Positions 1 to 14,318 of a DNA stretch of 64,000 nt are shown one piece after another (the first letter of the stretch is position 1; every line of letters starts with the position of its first letter). The DNA is from Chara braunii (taxonomy: Eukaryota; Plantae; Charophyceae), in contig BFEA01000012.1 of the NCBI GenBank assembly GCA_003427395.1, forward strand, positions 3,523,312-3,587,311, read 5' to 3'. The notes below the pieces were generated by a model. The model was not told where the DNA came from, ran no database searches, and saw nothing but the letters and a program-made list of their open reading frames with translations. The position numbers were made by a program, and so were the translations under genes.

Positions 1-384
1 AATTAAAAAATAGTATTAAAATGCTATTAAATTTGCAGACAAGCTGGTTTATGGTAGGATGACTGCAGTTTAGGCAAACCTGATCATAGCTTTACAATAC
101 ATATTTCTCAGTTGTTTCATCTAATGGGACACTGGACCCGTTTTCCAGCAGGTGCAGCTCCCCACCAATAAAATGGAGCACCCGGAATGTGCACCAGGGG
201 AGGCTGCTCGTATCATCCCCCCTAGTGACGCTTCTGTGGCGTTTCAAAAAAAAAAAAGGATGAATATACTTCATGAAGTTAATGTGTGCTTCCATGGTAT
301 GAGTGCAATTATGCGAGGAGAATCACAGCCATACTAAACACAGAAAAGTTCAAAAAACTGAAAAAAAGCAGCGATTACACTCAC

Positions 385-505
385 CTTACGGTCACAGCTC
401 TTCCGTGGAATATCTTTCAGATCTGCAAGCAAGTCATTCTGCTCTTTCTCGAAGAGAAACTTGCCCATCTCATCTTTTGGAGTGATTTCCCTGTCATGAA
501 ACGAG
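385..505 (-). CDS. EHD: EHD exon (SFHDREITPKDEMGKFLFEKEQNDLLADLKDIPRKSCDRK)
   Basis: LFEKEQxDLLADLKDIP motif; GTGAGT donor; the gene continues beyond position 1. Confidence 0.93.
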
Positions 506-3355
506 CTGAGTGTTCGGAATGCCACAGAACAGAAAAGACAGAGAACAACGCAGTGGTGTGCAAAGGACCATAAAAGACAAAGCACAAGCGTCAGTTATGG
601 AAGCTTGGAATCAAACGCACGTCAAGCAGAGCGATAACCGAAGAGATACCGAACCACGGAAAGAAAGTTGAGCAGATCTAGAAATTACAGCTTTTTGTTT
701 GTGTGTCATGCACCATAAATATATAGCATAATGGCATCAAACACTGTCCAGTGTCCTACAAAATACGGTAGAAAACATAAGCAAATTGGACGCCAGATCC
801 AACTAGCAAGATGGACGCTTGTCTGGTGGCTGGACAGCACACATCCACCATAAGAGGCCTGGGTGTGAGGAACGATCCTAGAGACAATCCTTCAGTCAAC
901 CATCACAAGTGCCTAAACCACCAGATCTTTTCCCAGCTACTTTGTTCAGACGCAACGGTTAACGCGCCGCTTTACAGGTGCTCGGCTGACCAGATTGGAT
1001 GTCTGGCGGCGCCAAACGGAAACATTTTCTGCCTGCGGCTGTTCTTTCTGGTTTGGCAAACAGCAGCACTCTGGGTTGGGAAGGAGTGCCTCCGAGGGAC
1101 TCGTGGTTTTTAAGTTCGCCTTCGTTCGGCAGAACAGAAATTTTACGTTAAAACTTGTCGACAAATCTTGGAAAATGTTTGGCAAACAAAAAAACTTACT
1201 CAAAAACAAAAAAAAAAATATTTCGAAGGCTCGAAAAAAAACAAACAAGGCCGGTGAGTTTTCACAAAAATTACAAGCGATTAAAAAGTAATCTTCCCTC
1301 CCAAACCTAATGTGACCACCAGGTAAGACCCAGGCCAACTCCACCGTCTTCCCTTCTTCCAAGGATCTCCCCTTCTACCGCCACCTCCCTCCTTCACCTC
1401 ACAACCGTATGGCCATGGCGCCTGTCTTCTTGCTCAGCCCAGCTCAGCCCAGCTGTGACTGGTGCTCTGGCTGGATGCTTGGTGCTACCCTCTCCTGCTA
1501 GCACTGTTTAACTTAGCGCTCCTGCTGCCTCAGCCTCTCTTCGGGTCGCTGTTCAGCGGGTAGGCGTTTCTTTGGGGAGTAACTGAAAAAGTCCTACCAC
1601 GTTCCAGGCATCCCTACCAGGTCCCTGTCAACAGGTAGGCATTTCTTTGGGGAGTTACTGACCCTCTGCTGGCTGCTGAGGTGCTCACAAGGTCGAAACA
1701 GAGCACAGAATTGCCAAAGTTGGGCACTCTAAGAAATTTTTGCCCCCTTGCTGGGACTGCCCATCACAGGTCCGCAGAAGCTATCTGCTGCACCGGGTTG
1801 CCTGGCAGGTGCACACAGCGTAGCCGACTATCGTCCTCTCCCCAATAGAATGGCCAGTTATTATACCTGTATTTGGGGGAAATTTCAGTCTGGATGCAGC
1901 AATAACGACCAGGCGTTCTATTCGGGTAAAGACAGCAGGGTACCGATTGTTTCAGGCAATGGGTTGGTGGGTGGACCTTGCGACATAAGCCGGAACAGAA
2001 AATTGAATACAATTCTAAAGATTTAGAATGGGCTCTAATAACCATGGTGCAATCAGACTCAACATCAGACTTGCTCACAACATGCACACTTAAGAACCGA
2101 TGGCAAAACCGAACTCTTCCAATTCAGAAACAACAATGAACTTGTATTAAACTCAATCTGAATCAGCTGTATAACTTGCGGCTATGGCCGCCGAACACTT
2201 TCTCTACCACCAGCCTCACTCTCCCTCACTCTCGCATGCACGCACGTACGAGGATCACCCTGAATGTCCACGCTACACAGTCACACACACTCTGCACACT
2301 CTGTCTGCACCAGCAGCTGGGCGGTCTATGGCCGCCGTCGTCTTCCTCCTCCTAGCTATGGCCGCCGTTGTCTACCTCACTGGCCAGCTATGGCCGCTGT
2401 CTTCCTCACTGCCCACTTCGTCTCTGGGAACCTGCAGACCTCCACGCACAAGATACCAAGGCAGCACTCACAGGCGAATGAATGAATGAATGGCTGGACG
2501 CTGCCTGTTTATTTATACTTCTTCGGAGGTGGCTGGGCCCTGCCCCAAAACGCGTGGGCCTGGGTCCCTCCAGAACACGTGGACCTGGGCCTGGAAGCTA
2601 CGCATGGGCCTTCTGGGCCAAAACGCGTGGGACTCTACACGTGCTCCAGAACCTTTCCCACGTGCAGCCCTTACCCAGGTACCTGCTGACTTGACTGCCT
2701 ACAGGGACCTGCGAGCTTCTAGAGTCTACCGTACAGACAGACTCTAGGCCCACAGTAGACTTAGGGAGAGACTTCTAAAACATACTCTTTAGGCCTACTG
2801 GTAACAGACTCATCTTCTATCCTACAGACCTAGGGATCAAGTCCTACACAGATCGCTGGACCTATGTACAGGGTACAGGATAGGTCTAGGGATCGAATCT
2901 CACTGAGCACACAGGGTCAATGTACAGGGTACAGGGTAGGTCTAGGGAGCGAATCTCACTCAGCACGCAGGTTCAATGTACAGGGTTAGGGCACAGGTCT
3001 AGGGATCGAATGTCTGTGTCTGCAAATGTCGGGTTAACTGGGTGAAACCGTTTCAATGGTAACCGACTGGATGTCCGGACCAGGTTCCAGACAGTCCGTG
3101 TCCGGTGTCCGGTCCTGAATGCCCGGAAACAGGGGCCCATTGAAAAAATCAGAAAAAAAAGGGGGCTGCCCAGGATGATTGATTCTTGTGTTGATGGCAG
3201 TGGCGATGGTCACGACGGGAGTGGTGGCAGCAATGGGACTGACGACAGTGGCAAGGAGGATGAAAGCGAAAGCGACATAGATGGCAGTTCGTCGGAGGAA
3301 GAGGGCAACTCCGAATCAGAACCCCTCTCTGAGCTGCGCAAGACATCCCACTGAC

Positions 3356-3423
<68 letters not shown>

Positions 3424-6400
3424 TTCAAAGTTAATTAAACTTTTTTTAACTCTTTTTGATTTTTTCCCCTCTGTTTCTTTAGTCTTGTGCCTGCTTTGCA
3501 CTGTTCGCAACTCTGCATGTCTGGTAGTTGAATGTGCTTGTTGATTTGCTGCAAGACAGGTGCTCTGCTTCATGAACTATGAAGTGCAAAGCAGGTGGAG
3601 TGCCTGCCAACACCCCACCCCCCACCCCTACCCACAAACACCACCCCCCCCTCCTTTTTTTTTTTTGGTCCGGACATGTCGAACCCCTGACACCGGTCCG
3701 GACTGTCCGGGTCCGGTGGTCTCCGGGTGTCGGGCGATGTCCGGATCACCGGACAGTCCGGACCGGTATAGACACTTGTCCGGAAGACAGTCCGTAAGTG
3801 TCCGGTGTCCGGGTCCGCAGTCACCATGCTAATAACTGAAAGAGGAGAATAAGAATCCTGCTCTGAGACCAACCATCCATGCACAGCACTCCTCACCAAG
3901 CTCGCACCATGACACTCACATAGACAATGCACACATGAGATGGAAGCTGAGAATAGTCTTCGCCAATCAACTCAAGTACACAAGACGACTAAGTGCCAGA
4001 AAGTGTGGCTATGGGCGCCAAACAGCTCTTCAGGTATGGCCGCTCTCCCTCAGCTTTGCCCTCTCTCGCTCTGTCTCCTCTCTGAATACCTCTCTCATCT
4101 CTCTCCCACACTTCCACTGCACTTGATCTGGCTATGGCTACTTCGTATGGGTGCACAGCGCCGTTGACTACTGCTGTCAGCCAGAATCAGAAAATGGCAC
4201 AGGTTGCAATATCTCCAAGCAGCACTCCAGAGTATCTCCAAATAGCACAGCAGCACTTCGGCATGGACTCCCCAGTGAATAGGTGTTGGAAGCTTCCTCA
4301 GGTGAGTCTTTTATACTTGCTGACTCGCCTTCCAGATTCCTTCTGTTGGTTGGTCCCTTTGCCTTTGTCTGTTGCTTCCAGAAGTTTGCGGTCTTCCCTT
4401 GCACTCAGCTGCATGAATGGACCAACTGACACTTGGCCTAACGGTTTCTGCTATCTCTGCTTGAGCTTACTGGTGCTCCAACCCATAACTGTTATCGATC
4501 AAGGAGGACTTTCCCACTACAACTTACTTAAAGCTATCCCGCCTAGGCATCTGCAGTCACTGTACATACAAAAGCCACTCTTGCTAGGAATGCCTAGTAT
4601 TCATACTATTGTACACGCGACTGGGCTATCCCACCCAAAGAGTTGTGAATGTTGTACATGCGGCTACGGCCATCAACTGAACAAGGACTGAGACTCAGGA
4701 CTGGACTTGGGACTTGCGATTGAGACTCAGGACAAGTACTTGGGACTGGGACTTGGGACTAGGAACAAGGCCGCAGTAGTGAAATGCTTTCAATCGGAAC
4801 AGGCACGTATCTGAAATCACCTCCGTGGACGCAAGGAAGGTCACTGCTTACCCAATATATACACGAACCACTTCAGGGGTATTCAACACCTTGCCAAGAG
4901 ACCACATCAGCGCTCCATATACCCTCATCAGCTGTTCCACCACATAGCACAAAACACGACAACGGGAAACGTCGGAACAAAATATGGATCAACGGTGCAA
5001 CACAGATTCAAGAGGGCCATCATCAACTTAAGGAAAAGAGAATACACTCCCATGAAGAAGCTGCAGCTCAACAGCTTGTCTGTTGGAAGAGCTGAATAAT
5101 TTCTTTTTAAGGCATAACTTAGTGCAAAACCAGGCCGCCCAGATGGCCCAGCCAGGCAAGGGCCGGGCAAGGGCCCTGCTAAAAATAAAACAAATAAAAT
5201 GAAAAGATCACCAAAAAAAGTTGAAAAACAATGTTATTTCATGCCTATGCTGCCAGCTGTCTGATAACCGGACGTCCCGGCCGGACGTCTCTGTCAGATG
5301 TCCAGTAGCGGAGTCGTGCGGGATCCTGGACAACTGTTTTGTAGCAAAACTGTGAAGCAAAAAAAAAAAACCACGTGGGGTGGTGCTGCGCACCAGCAGG
5401 GGACCCCCCATAATAAATTTGGGCAATTACGAGCTGGAAAAAAAATCGGAATGTAGGGGTGGGAGGGGGTGGTGGAGGGCCCGCTGCTGCAGATGCAGCT
5501 GGTGGTGATGCAGCACGGGGCCCTACAGCCAACCTCCCCACTCGTCACCCTCCTTCTCCGTGTCCATCGCTGTGTCGTCGCCCTCCCCCCTCATCTTCCT
5601 CCTCTTCTTCCTCCTCCTCGTCTTCTTCTTCCTCCTCTTCGTCCTGTTCACCGTCCTCGTCCACGTCCGTCCTTGAGTCGTCGTTGTCGTCCTCGGCCTT
5701 CTCCTCCTCGTCCTTCTCCTCCTCTTCTTCTTCCTCCTCCTCTTCGTCCTCGTCCATGGCCTTCTCGCCATCGTTGTCCACATGCCCGTCTCCCCTCCCC
5801 TTGCCTTTTTGTTTTTAATCAATCAATCAATCAATCGACGAAACAAATCCAACAATTCCATTGGATCTTGATTGATTCAAGATCCAATTGAATCAATATC
5901 AATTCGATTGGATCTTAAATCAATAAAGATCCAACAGAATTGTTGGTTTCGTCTGTTGATTGATTGCTTGATTGATTGAAAAAAAAAAGGGCAAGGGCAG
6001 ATGGAGGTCCTTGCCCGGACATCGCCACAACACCCTCCTGCTCCCTCTCCTTCTCCTCCTCCTTGTCCTCTTCGTCTTCATCCTCCTCCTCGTCCTCCTC
6101 CTCTTCTTCTTCCTCCTCCTCCACCTCCTTCTTGTCGTCCTCCTCCTCCTAGACAATCGCTGTGCCGCCGCCCGCCTCCCCCTCCCCCCCTCGTCTACCT
6201 CTTCTTCTTCTTCCTCCTTCTCCTCGTCGCCCTCCCCCTCCTCATCCATCACTGCGTCGCCAGCCTCCTCTTCCTCCTCCTTCTCATTCATGGCCTTCTC
6301 GCCATTGTGGTCCACGTGGCCGTCTCCCCTCCCCCTGCCTTTTTTTTTATTATCAATCAATGAATCAATCATAAGAATCCAATGTTTCATTGATTGATTG

Positions 6401-7369
6401 ATAAGAAAAAGGTGAGGGGAAGGGAGACGGCCCCGTTGACAACAAAGGCGAGAACGCCGTGGACAATGACGAGGAAGAGAAAGAAGAGGAGGACGAGGAG
6501 GAGGGGCAGGAAGGAGAAGACAAGGAAGAGGAGGAAGAGGAGTAGTAGTACGGCGACGCAACAATGGACAAGGAGGAGGAGGAGGAGGACAGCGAGGAAA
6601 ACGAGTAGGACAATGGGTGCGTGGTGATGGAGGAGGAGGATGACGACGATGATGAGGTCAAGGAGGAGGAGAGGAGGAGGGAGCCACATCGATGGCAGAG
6701 GAGGAAGAGGACGAAGAGGAAGAACAAGAAGAGGAGGAGGAGGAGGATGAAGAAGACAAAGAGGCGGACGAGGGGGAGAAGGAGGATGAAGAAAAGGAGG
6801 AGGAGAAGGCAGCTGCGTCGGTGGAGAAGGACGACGAAGATGAAGAAGAGAAGAAGGAGGAGGAGGAGGAATAGGAGTGGATCGCGGCGATGGAGGACGA
6901 CAAAGAGGATGAATAAGAGGAGGTGGAGGACGGCGACAAGGGGGGCGCGGAGATGAAGGAGCAGGACGAGGAGGAGGAGGAGGAGGAGGAGGAGGAGGAG
7001 GAGGAGTCTCTGCACGAGGAGAAGGGGGGCGCAGCGATAGAGGAGGATGGGGAGGAGGAGGAGGAGCGGACCGCAGCGACGGAGGAGGAAGAGGAAGAAG
7101 GAGAAGAAGAGGAGGAGGTGGTGGAGGAGGAGGACGACGACAAGGGGGCCTCGGAGATGGACCAGGAAACGGAGGAAGTGGTGGAGGAGGAGGACGAGGA
7201 AAAAGAAGAATACGAGGAGGAGGAGGTGGACAAGGAGGAGGAGGAGGAGCAAGAAAAGGAGGAGGAGGAAAAAAAGGAGGAGGAAAAAAAGGAGAGGGAG
7301 GAGGAAGAGGAAGAAAAGGACAAGGAGGAGGAGGAGGACGAAGAGGAAGAAAAGGACAAGGAGGAAGAG

Positions 7370-7401
<32 letters not shown>

Positions 7402-10400
7402 GGAGGAGGAAGAGGAGGAGGAGGAGCAGGAGGAGAAGGAAGAGGAGGACATGGAAGAAAAGGAGGGCGAGGAGTAAGAGGAGGACGAGGAAGGAGATGA
7501 GGAGTAGGAAGAGGGAGGGACGGATACTCACCTGCCACGGCCGGGCAATGCCGCGTGGGTTGCTGGCAGCGGCCTCGAATTTCGGCAATGGCAACGCCAA
7601 ACTCTGTCGACGGGTGGGGCGAAGTTGCGCACGGGGGAGGGCCGTGGCCCCGCTGGAATTCGAATTTGAAAATGGCCCAATCTGGGCCGTCGATCTCGCT
7701 GATCTGACTGCCCAGATTGGGCCATTATCGTTTTCCAGTTTGGAGGCCCTACCGGCCTCCCAAAAAAATTATACTGCCCCCCTCGCTTCGGAGCACCCCG
7801 CGGCCAACCCCTGTGGCTCCGAAAGGGCAATCCGGGCAGGTGGTCCCAGGCCACACTGGTAGCCTGGCAGGTGTACAGTTAATCAATGTTTTTCAACTTC
7901 TCAACCACAGGAAAATTAACACACACTTAAAGGAGCGAGCAGGGTCAATTCTACCCCAAAACCCACCTCCGGGGATGCGTGGGTGGTCATACCACCGGCG
8001 TGGTGGGCCTTCGCTCCTCTTACTCGCCGGTGCCACTTCGTGGCCAATGATTCTCTATGTATTCTCTGTATTAATTAAAAAATGATACCTCGAATAGCTT
8101 CCCTTGAAACCGGCACCAATGCATAGACTCAAAAGTGTGACACAAAACATTGCACAGGGTAACACTGGAGAGAATGGGGGCAAGGTGCTGGGGAGGTTGA
8201 ATGGGTTGGAAACAGGGAAACAGAGGTTGGAATGGGGGGAGACCTGGACAACCTTCTGGGCCATTCTTGGGAGTTGGCATACCTGCTGAGTGTCGACCTG
8301 ATGTGCCTTGTTGAGGACAACTCTGATCTTGTCATCATGTCCCTTGAGAGCCATAATGACTCGTTTGAACTCGTCTGAAATGTCGAGCTTGTGCGGGTCG
8401 AACAGAAGAAGAACAAGGTCACACTTTGATGCAAACCACTGGATAACGCCTGTGAAATCGTAGCTTCGCTGCGTCCGCTGTTTCTCTCCTGACAAGACAC
8501 CTGGCGTGTCCACGAAAGTCACATGTTCCAACAACTGTGGTATGACATCAAGTCAGCCACACTACAGCCACAAACCAAACCACTTATGTGCCATCCAAGC
8601 TCGCTGTTTCTTTTTGGATTTTTATTCTATTGATTGATCCCCACAGACTCCACACAAAGCTAGCAACCTTTCTGACAATCCATTATACACACGCAGAGAG
8701 GAAATGATACAGCAGCCAAGATCAACAAAGAGTGGTGTGTGAATCTGCTGCACACCCTTATTGGACAATGACAAGAATGACAAAAGAAGTGCAGGATATC
8801 TTGATGGCCATGCGTCCATGGAAGGGTAGAACTGATGGTCTGAAGTACAGGCATCGGTGGAGCAATCAGTGCTGCCACCGCCTGCCAGTGGTTTCTTGTC
8901 CATAACAGAATGGAGCATGAGAATGGATATTGTTCTGTTCTGTTGACTTGAATGTGCAAACATAACCGGACTGATGCAGCAGAGTCACACTCTGCAGACC
9001 GCAGTGAGTGTCACATGTTCAAAAAGCTGTGCAGTATGACATCCAGCCGGCCACAAAGCCATCAACCAAACCACTTTCTGTGTCATGCAAGCTTGCTGTT
9101 TCTTTCTTTTTCTTTGTTGATGTCACACTGGAGAGCCAGTGCTACAACTAAAGTTGAAATGTCCAACTACAAGGGATGTCACCTACCGGTGCATTCCAGG
9201 AGGCCAGGGCTATGCACATGCGTGCAGTTTAGTGCATTAATGCACAAGCGGCTGCCAGTCTCCACCGATACTTTGTATAGTATCGGCAGAGTCAACATGC
9301 ATTACCAGCTTGATAACAGTTTTTTATACACTTGCATCTGCTGCTTTTCTCCCACCAAGGCAAACCAAACTGGCTGAACGGCTCGATGATTCTCGCCCTC
9401 GATACTTCGTATAGTAGACACAGACATACCAGCTTTACAGTGAATGTTGCCATATTCACAATCATCAAACAATGATGATCATGTCGAGTGCTCAAGTCAC
9501 ATTCAAATGCACACCCTCAGAAAAAGTTCTACAGTGTTTGGCAGGAGAGGCTGCACTAAAACATAGAAATAAGTATATAATCTATAAATAAATAACAAGT
9601 AAACAAATGAATGAATAAGAAAAAGGGAGAGATTGGAAGGGAAACTAGGCACGGAGAGGGAGAAGCCCAAGAAAAAGGGCCAAGGGGGTTTGACAACTCA
9701 CCGGATGTGTCAGTTGTGAACACTCAAATTTCGACAAGAACGAGCCGCCAAACTTTGTCAGTCCATTGAAAGGCATATCAGCCTGCACCGCAATTGTGTT
9801 GCCTGGTACACTCCTCTCATCTTGTCCATGCTGTACCCATGAAGTGAAATTCCCAGATCCCAACAAGATAGCAGAATAAGGATATACAGTACCTGGCTGG
9901 AAGCTGAAAATGTTACACACATTGACGAACAGGTCACGAACTCCAATTGTGTTGGACGTAATAAATGACTAAAAATGTTTAGGGGCCGGGGCCGCTAAGC
10001 CCTTAAAATAGAAGAAGGATCAGGACTTGCGTTCGTTCACAAGGGGATGGGCACCGTCGTCCAGTGACACGTCCAGCGACCTCATAGGAGGATGGACAAG
10101 GTTCTTTCTCACTGAGGCTTTGTGTCTCTGGAGATGAAAAGAATCAGACGGACTAATTTGAGATCTTGCAGTTTTGAAGGAGTATTCCACAAAAACCCTG
10201 TAAGGGAGAAGGGTAGGTCAGAAATCTGTGATTGAATACCACACTGTGCAAAGAGGAGGAACAAATTGTGGGATATGATGGCACTCCCTGATAGGCAAAA
10301 ATGAACGGCAGTGTACTTAAAAAGATTGACTGCGTGTGGATTTCTCGATTTGTGTGTGACATCCTCACACAGGGGCCTCAGTAATTTTGTCTTCATCACT

Positions 10401-13400
10401 CTAATTCTAGCAGAGGCCCCAAAAGACGACGATAACATAATGGCATTGATAAACATGCGGCACAGTTTTCAATGGGTGGAGCAAGACGGCGAGTAGTTAT
10501 CTCTCTGTATTTGTGATACATGCCTTCGGTAAGCCTAATCCACTGTGCGAGCTTGCTTACTCACTTACATAATATACCACACAGTTACTCCAGGGTTGGT
10601 CTCTACATGTGTGCCCATGTTTGGATCTGGAGGCTCTTTCAGCAACACCAGGCAACCCCCAAGCCACTCTCTTTTGCAAAAGACACAGGTGATCTATAGC
10701 ATTCCACCAGTGCATGCCCCCAGCCAGCTGAAACTCATGGCTGTAGACACTCAGGCAAAGGAAAGGCCTGGGCTAGCAGTGGCGAGTACTTCGATAAAAT
10801 GGCCGAATCCATCACATAAATTGGTACCAGTACTGGTTTTCACACATTTACGTGCCAGCCTCAAAACCGATCCGTCAGGCTTGGTAGGCCCAAAATTTCA
10901 GTTTGACAAGTTAGGGTCCACCAAACTTGTGGTTCAAAGCCTTAAAGGTAAAACAGCAATGGTTTCCCGGTGCATTGCCAGACACAGCGGCGCTGGGTTG
11001 CCTTGTTCAGCCTAACAGCAAGCAGCTACAGAGGACTCTGTATTGGGCGGTGGGTGCAATACAAGTCCATTCCAATCATGCTCTGTATCTCCCATACTTG
11101 CAATCTGGTTCCAATCAGGAACCCCTGGCCCTATGGCTTCAGGGGAAGGGGTTGAGTAAGCAAGCTTAGTTACCTGACCTCCCCATGGCCCAAGGACTTC
11201 AATTCAGCGTCATCGAGTATCATGGACTGGGCCATCTGATACTGATACCCCACGAGCTGAACGAGATATGATGTGAGGAGGTCATTGCCAAAACTTATAG
11301 CTCTTCCAGAGTATATCTCAACAGCAGAAAAGTTATGGATTCATGTTTCAGCTCGTGCAGGCCGAGCGTTTTGTGTTTGTTTTTTTCTACATAAGTAGGT
11401 CATCAGTCCGGAAGTATCTTGCCTGTCAGTCTGTACAGATACATGTAGTGGAGCGAGGTCAATTGACAGAAGAATATAGCTTAGGTCCAACCTCGGACAG
11501 CTCTGACTTCACGATTCCGAAACCCATAACTTTTCCCCCAGAGAGTAGGGACATGCAGAAGCATATAATCTCAGCAGAGCCACACCAACAGCACAGTGTT
11601 TCCCTCGTGGCTGAGGGTATAACAGCATCAGGTCTTGCCAATGATATCTGGTCCGTTGGACCACAAGATGTCAAATTGAAAAACGGGCCTGTTGGACCTG
11701 CATCTTGAGAAAAATCATCAAAAATGGAAGGTGTTTTTCCCCCACGGATCTGCGAAGATCAGTGGCTGAGATCCTCCGCCCCATTTTTCTCAAGAAATGG
11801 GGTCGAAGATGCACTGATTTTTTTTTTTTTTTAAGAAGCAGCGGCTTCCTGGGGGCTGGGCAACTTTGGGGATGCCGGTGACTCCCCAGTACCCCCCCAC
11901 TAGTGTAATGTGCTGGACTTAACCGGGAGTCTGCAGGGTCGGTCGACCGCCCGGTCCGACCGGCAGGCCCGCAGTCCAACCGGGGACCCTGTTATTATAT
12001 TATTATATACACATTTTCATAGGTTAACAGCCTGGGGGAGACAGTCTGGCTCTGACTGCCTTGGTGCCCATCTGGACGGCTTGTCCAGGCCATATCCAGG
12101 CAGGTCCTGCACAGCCCAGGAACACATTCAGAAAAAGAAAAGGAATCGGAAAGAGATGAAAGGGTCGCATACTTTTGCTTCAGGTCCGCATACATTTGCT
12201 TCAGGTCGCATACTTTTGCTTCATGCTGGTACCTGTACGCCCAGAACTGTTCTGGTCGGTGCATCGGGCTCGGGAAAATTTGCCGGTTCCAAAAGATTAA
12301 GGGGAGAGGTGTTTTAACTTCAAGATAAAATCACAACTTCAACAAAGTTTAAACCCCGTTGACCATTAACTTTCTACCTTTCAATGCTCTCTGTGCTGAG
12401 CCTACCTGGACCCAGATGGCTAGCATCGCAAGCCCCAACAGGCAATCCCGGCTTCTGAACTTGGAAAGTTTCAAATTCTCATAAAAATTGTGAAAAACTC
12501 AAAGAAAGGGTTAAGTAGCATTCCAACACGAACAGCTTCCAACTCAGGGCCATACTGAAATTTGTGAGAAATTGAGCCGAAAAAAAAAAAAAAAACGCCA
12601 AGCCAAGAAGTCTATCTTTCTTGGGCACACACCTCATCGGGATAACATCCGGATCGAGTACAGGTCCAGGGGTGGTGCAAACATATGGTAATTCACAACC
12701 ACCACTCGAATAGACCGATGCAGCCAACTACATATTGTAGCAGATGTTTGTAGGCTAACCTCTTCTCCCCACCAGAACGCCTACTGTCTTCATCCGAATA
12801 GAACGCCCGGTCATTATACACAACTTTCAGCCCAGATACGGCGATAATACCGGGCGTTCTATTCGGGTGAAGACGGTAGTCATTCTGTCTGTAAATGGCC
12901 TCAAACATGCGCCAAATACAGCTTTGATGACCGTGTTTTGTGTTTAGGGGAGTAAGGTTGTAGCTTGCCACACCATTGTGCACAAATTTACACTACTATA
13001 AAAAATGGATTGGAAGTTTGAACAGATCGCACTTAACCTGGCATCGTTACGAGGTTTTAAATTGGCACCCCACTTTCAGTACATACAGTTGTCTGCTCTG
13101 ATCACAGTACGCACCATGATTACCACGAACCGATCTGTGGTTGGCTCCGGTCCAATATGCGCACCTGAGAATGTTCAAATGACATACAGTAAGGAGAAAG
13201 GAAGATATAAAAAGTCAGTCAATCAGGGCACTACTGACCTATTGAATGCTTGTGGTCTCAAGCAGAGAGAGTTGCCACCATATGATATAAATAATAACTA
13301 AAAATAGAAAACACTACTAAACAGTAAAATGGTGAATAGCAAGTAGTACGTATCGAAGGAATTGCCTCCTTTCTCCTGAGGGGCATGCAGGACTAAGAAA

Positions 13401-14231
13401 GAAAGAAAAGAAGAAAAGAAATGCGTCCTGGAATGTACTAGTGTGAGTATGCCCTCAGTGAAGGCCTCGTTTTCCTCTGTTATCAGTGTGTGTGTTGTTT
13501 TAAAAGACCCCAGATTCTCTCTCTCATTCCCTTCACAGATCATCACAAGCCATCCACAACGAAAAAGTATAGATAGGCAGTATAATAGACAATGCAAGGT
13601 TGGCCACGTTCGTGTGGTTCAGCGCCAAGTGCCCACACACCCGTCTGCCGCCAACGCGGCACACTTGCACATATACATATGTATACATATATATTTCAAA
13701 CCATAAGGGGATGGAGGGCAGAAGGCAACTTACCTAAGACACAAGACTATTGCAGCAAGAAGGCACTGACCAGACCCCGTCAAAGGTCCGAAAAAACTTG
13801 GAGAGCGTTCCGCATCGTCCCACAAAACCAAAAACTCATTTATAAAAACAAACAAATATAACAGCATTGGCATTCCCGACATTCATCTCAAACTACACAC
13901 TCGCATCACTGCCAAAGAGGAGGAAGAAGATAAGAGACAACTTACCTAAGACAGAAGACTCCTCCAGCAAGAACGCACCGACCCCCCCTGCTAAGGGTCC
14001 GAAAAAACTGGGAAAGCCTTCCACGCCGCCCACAAAACATACATTCCCCCCAAAGAGAACTCATGGCCAACCGGAAACATCCAAACAGCCCATGCTCTAA
14101 AGCAGGGCAAAGAATTAGGCCGTGTGTGNNNNNNNNNNNNNNNNNNNNNNNNNNNNNNNNNNNNNNNNNNNNNNNNNNNNNNNNNNNNNNNNNNNNNNNN
14201 NNNNNNNNNNNNNNNNNNNNNNNNGTAGTTT

Positions 14232-14318
<87 letters not shown>

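Noticed and set aside
1664-1703. Hammerhead-like ctctg...ctgaggt...gaaacagag
   Set aside because: Core lacks A9 and the U of the cleavage triplet, and stem I cannot form
6365-7862. Long ORFs rich in Glu, Arg, Leu, Pro or Ser
   Set aside because: Open in most frames because of trinucleotide low complexity; intronic; no domain signature
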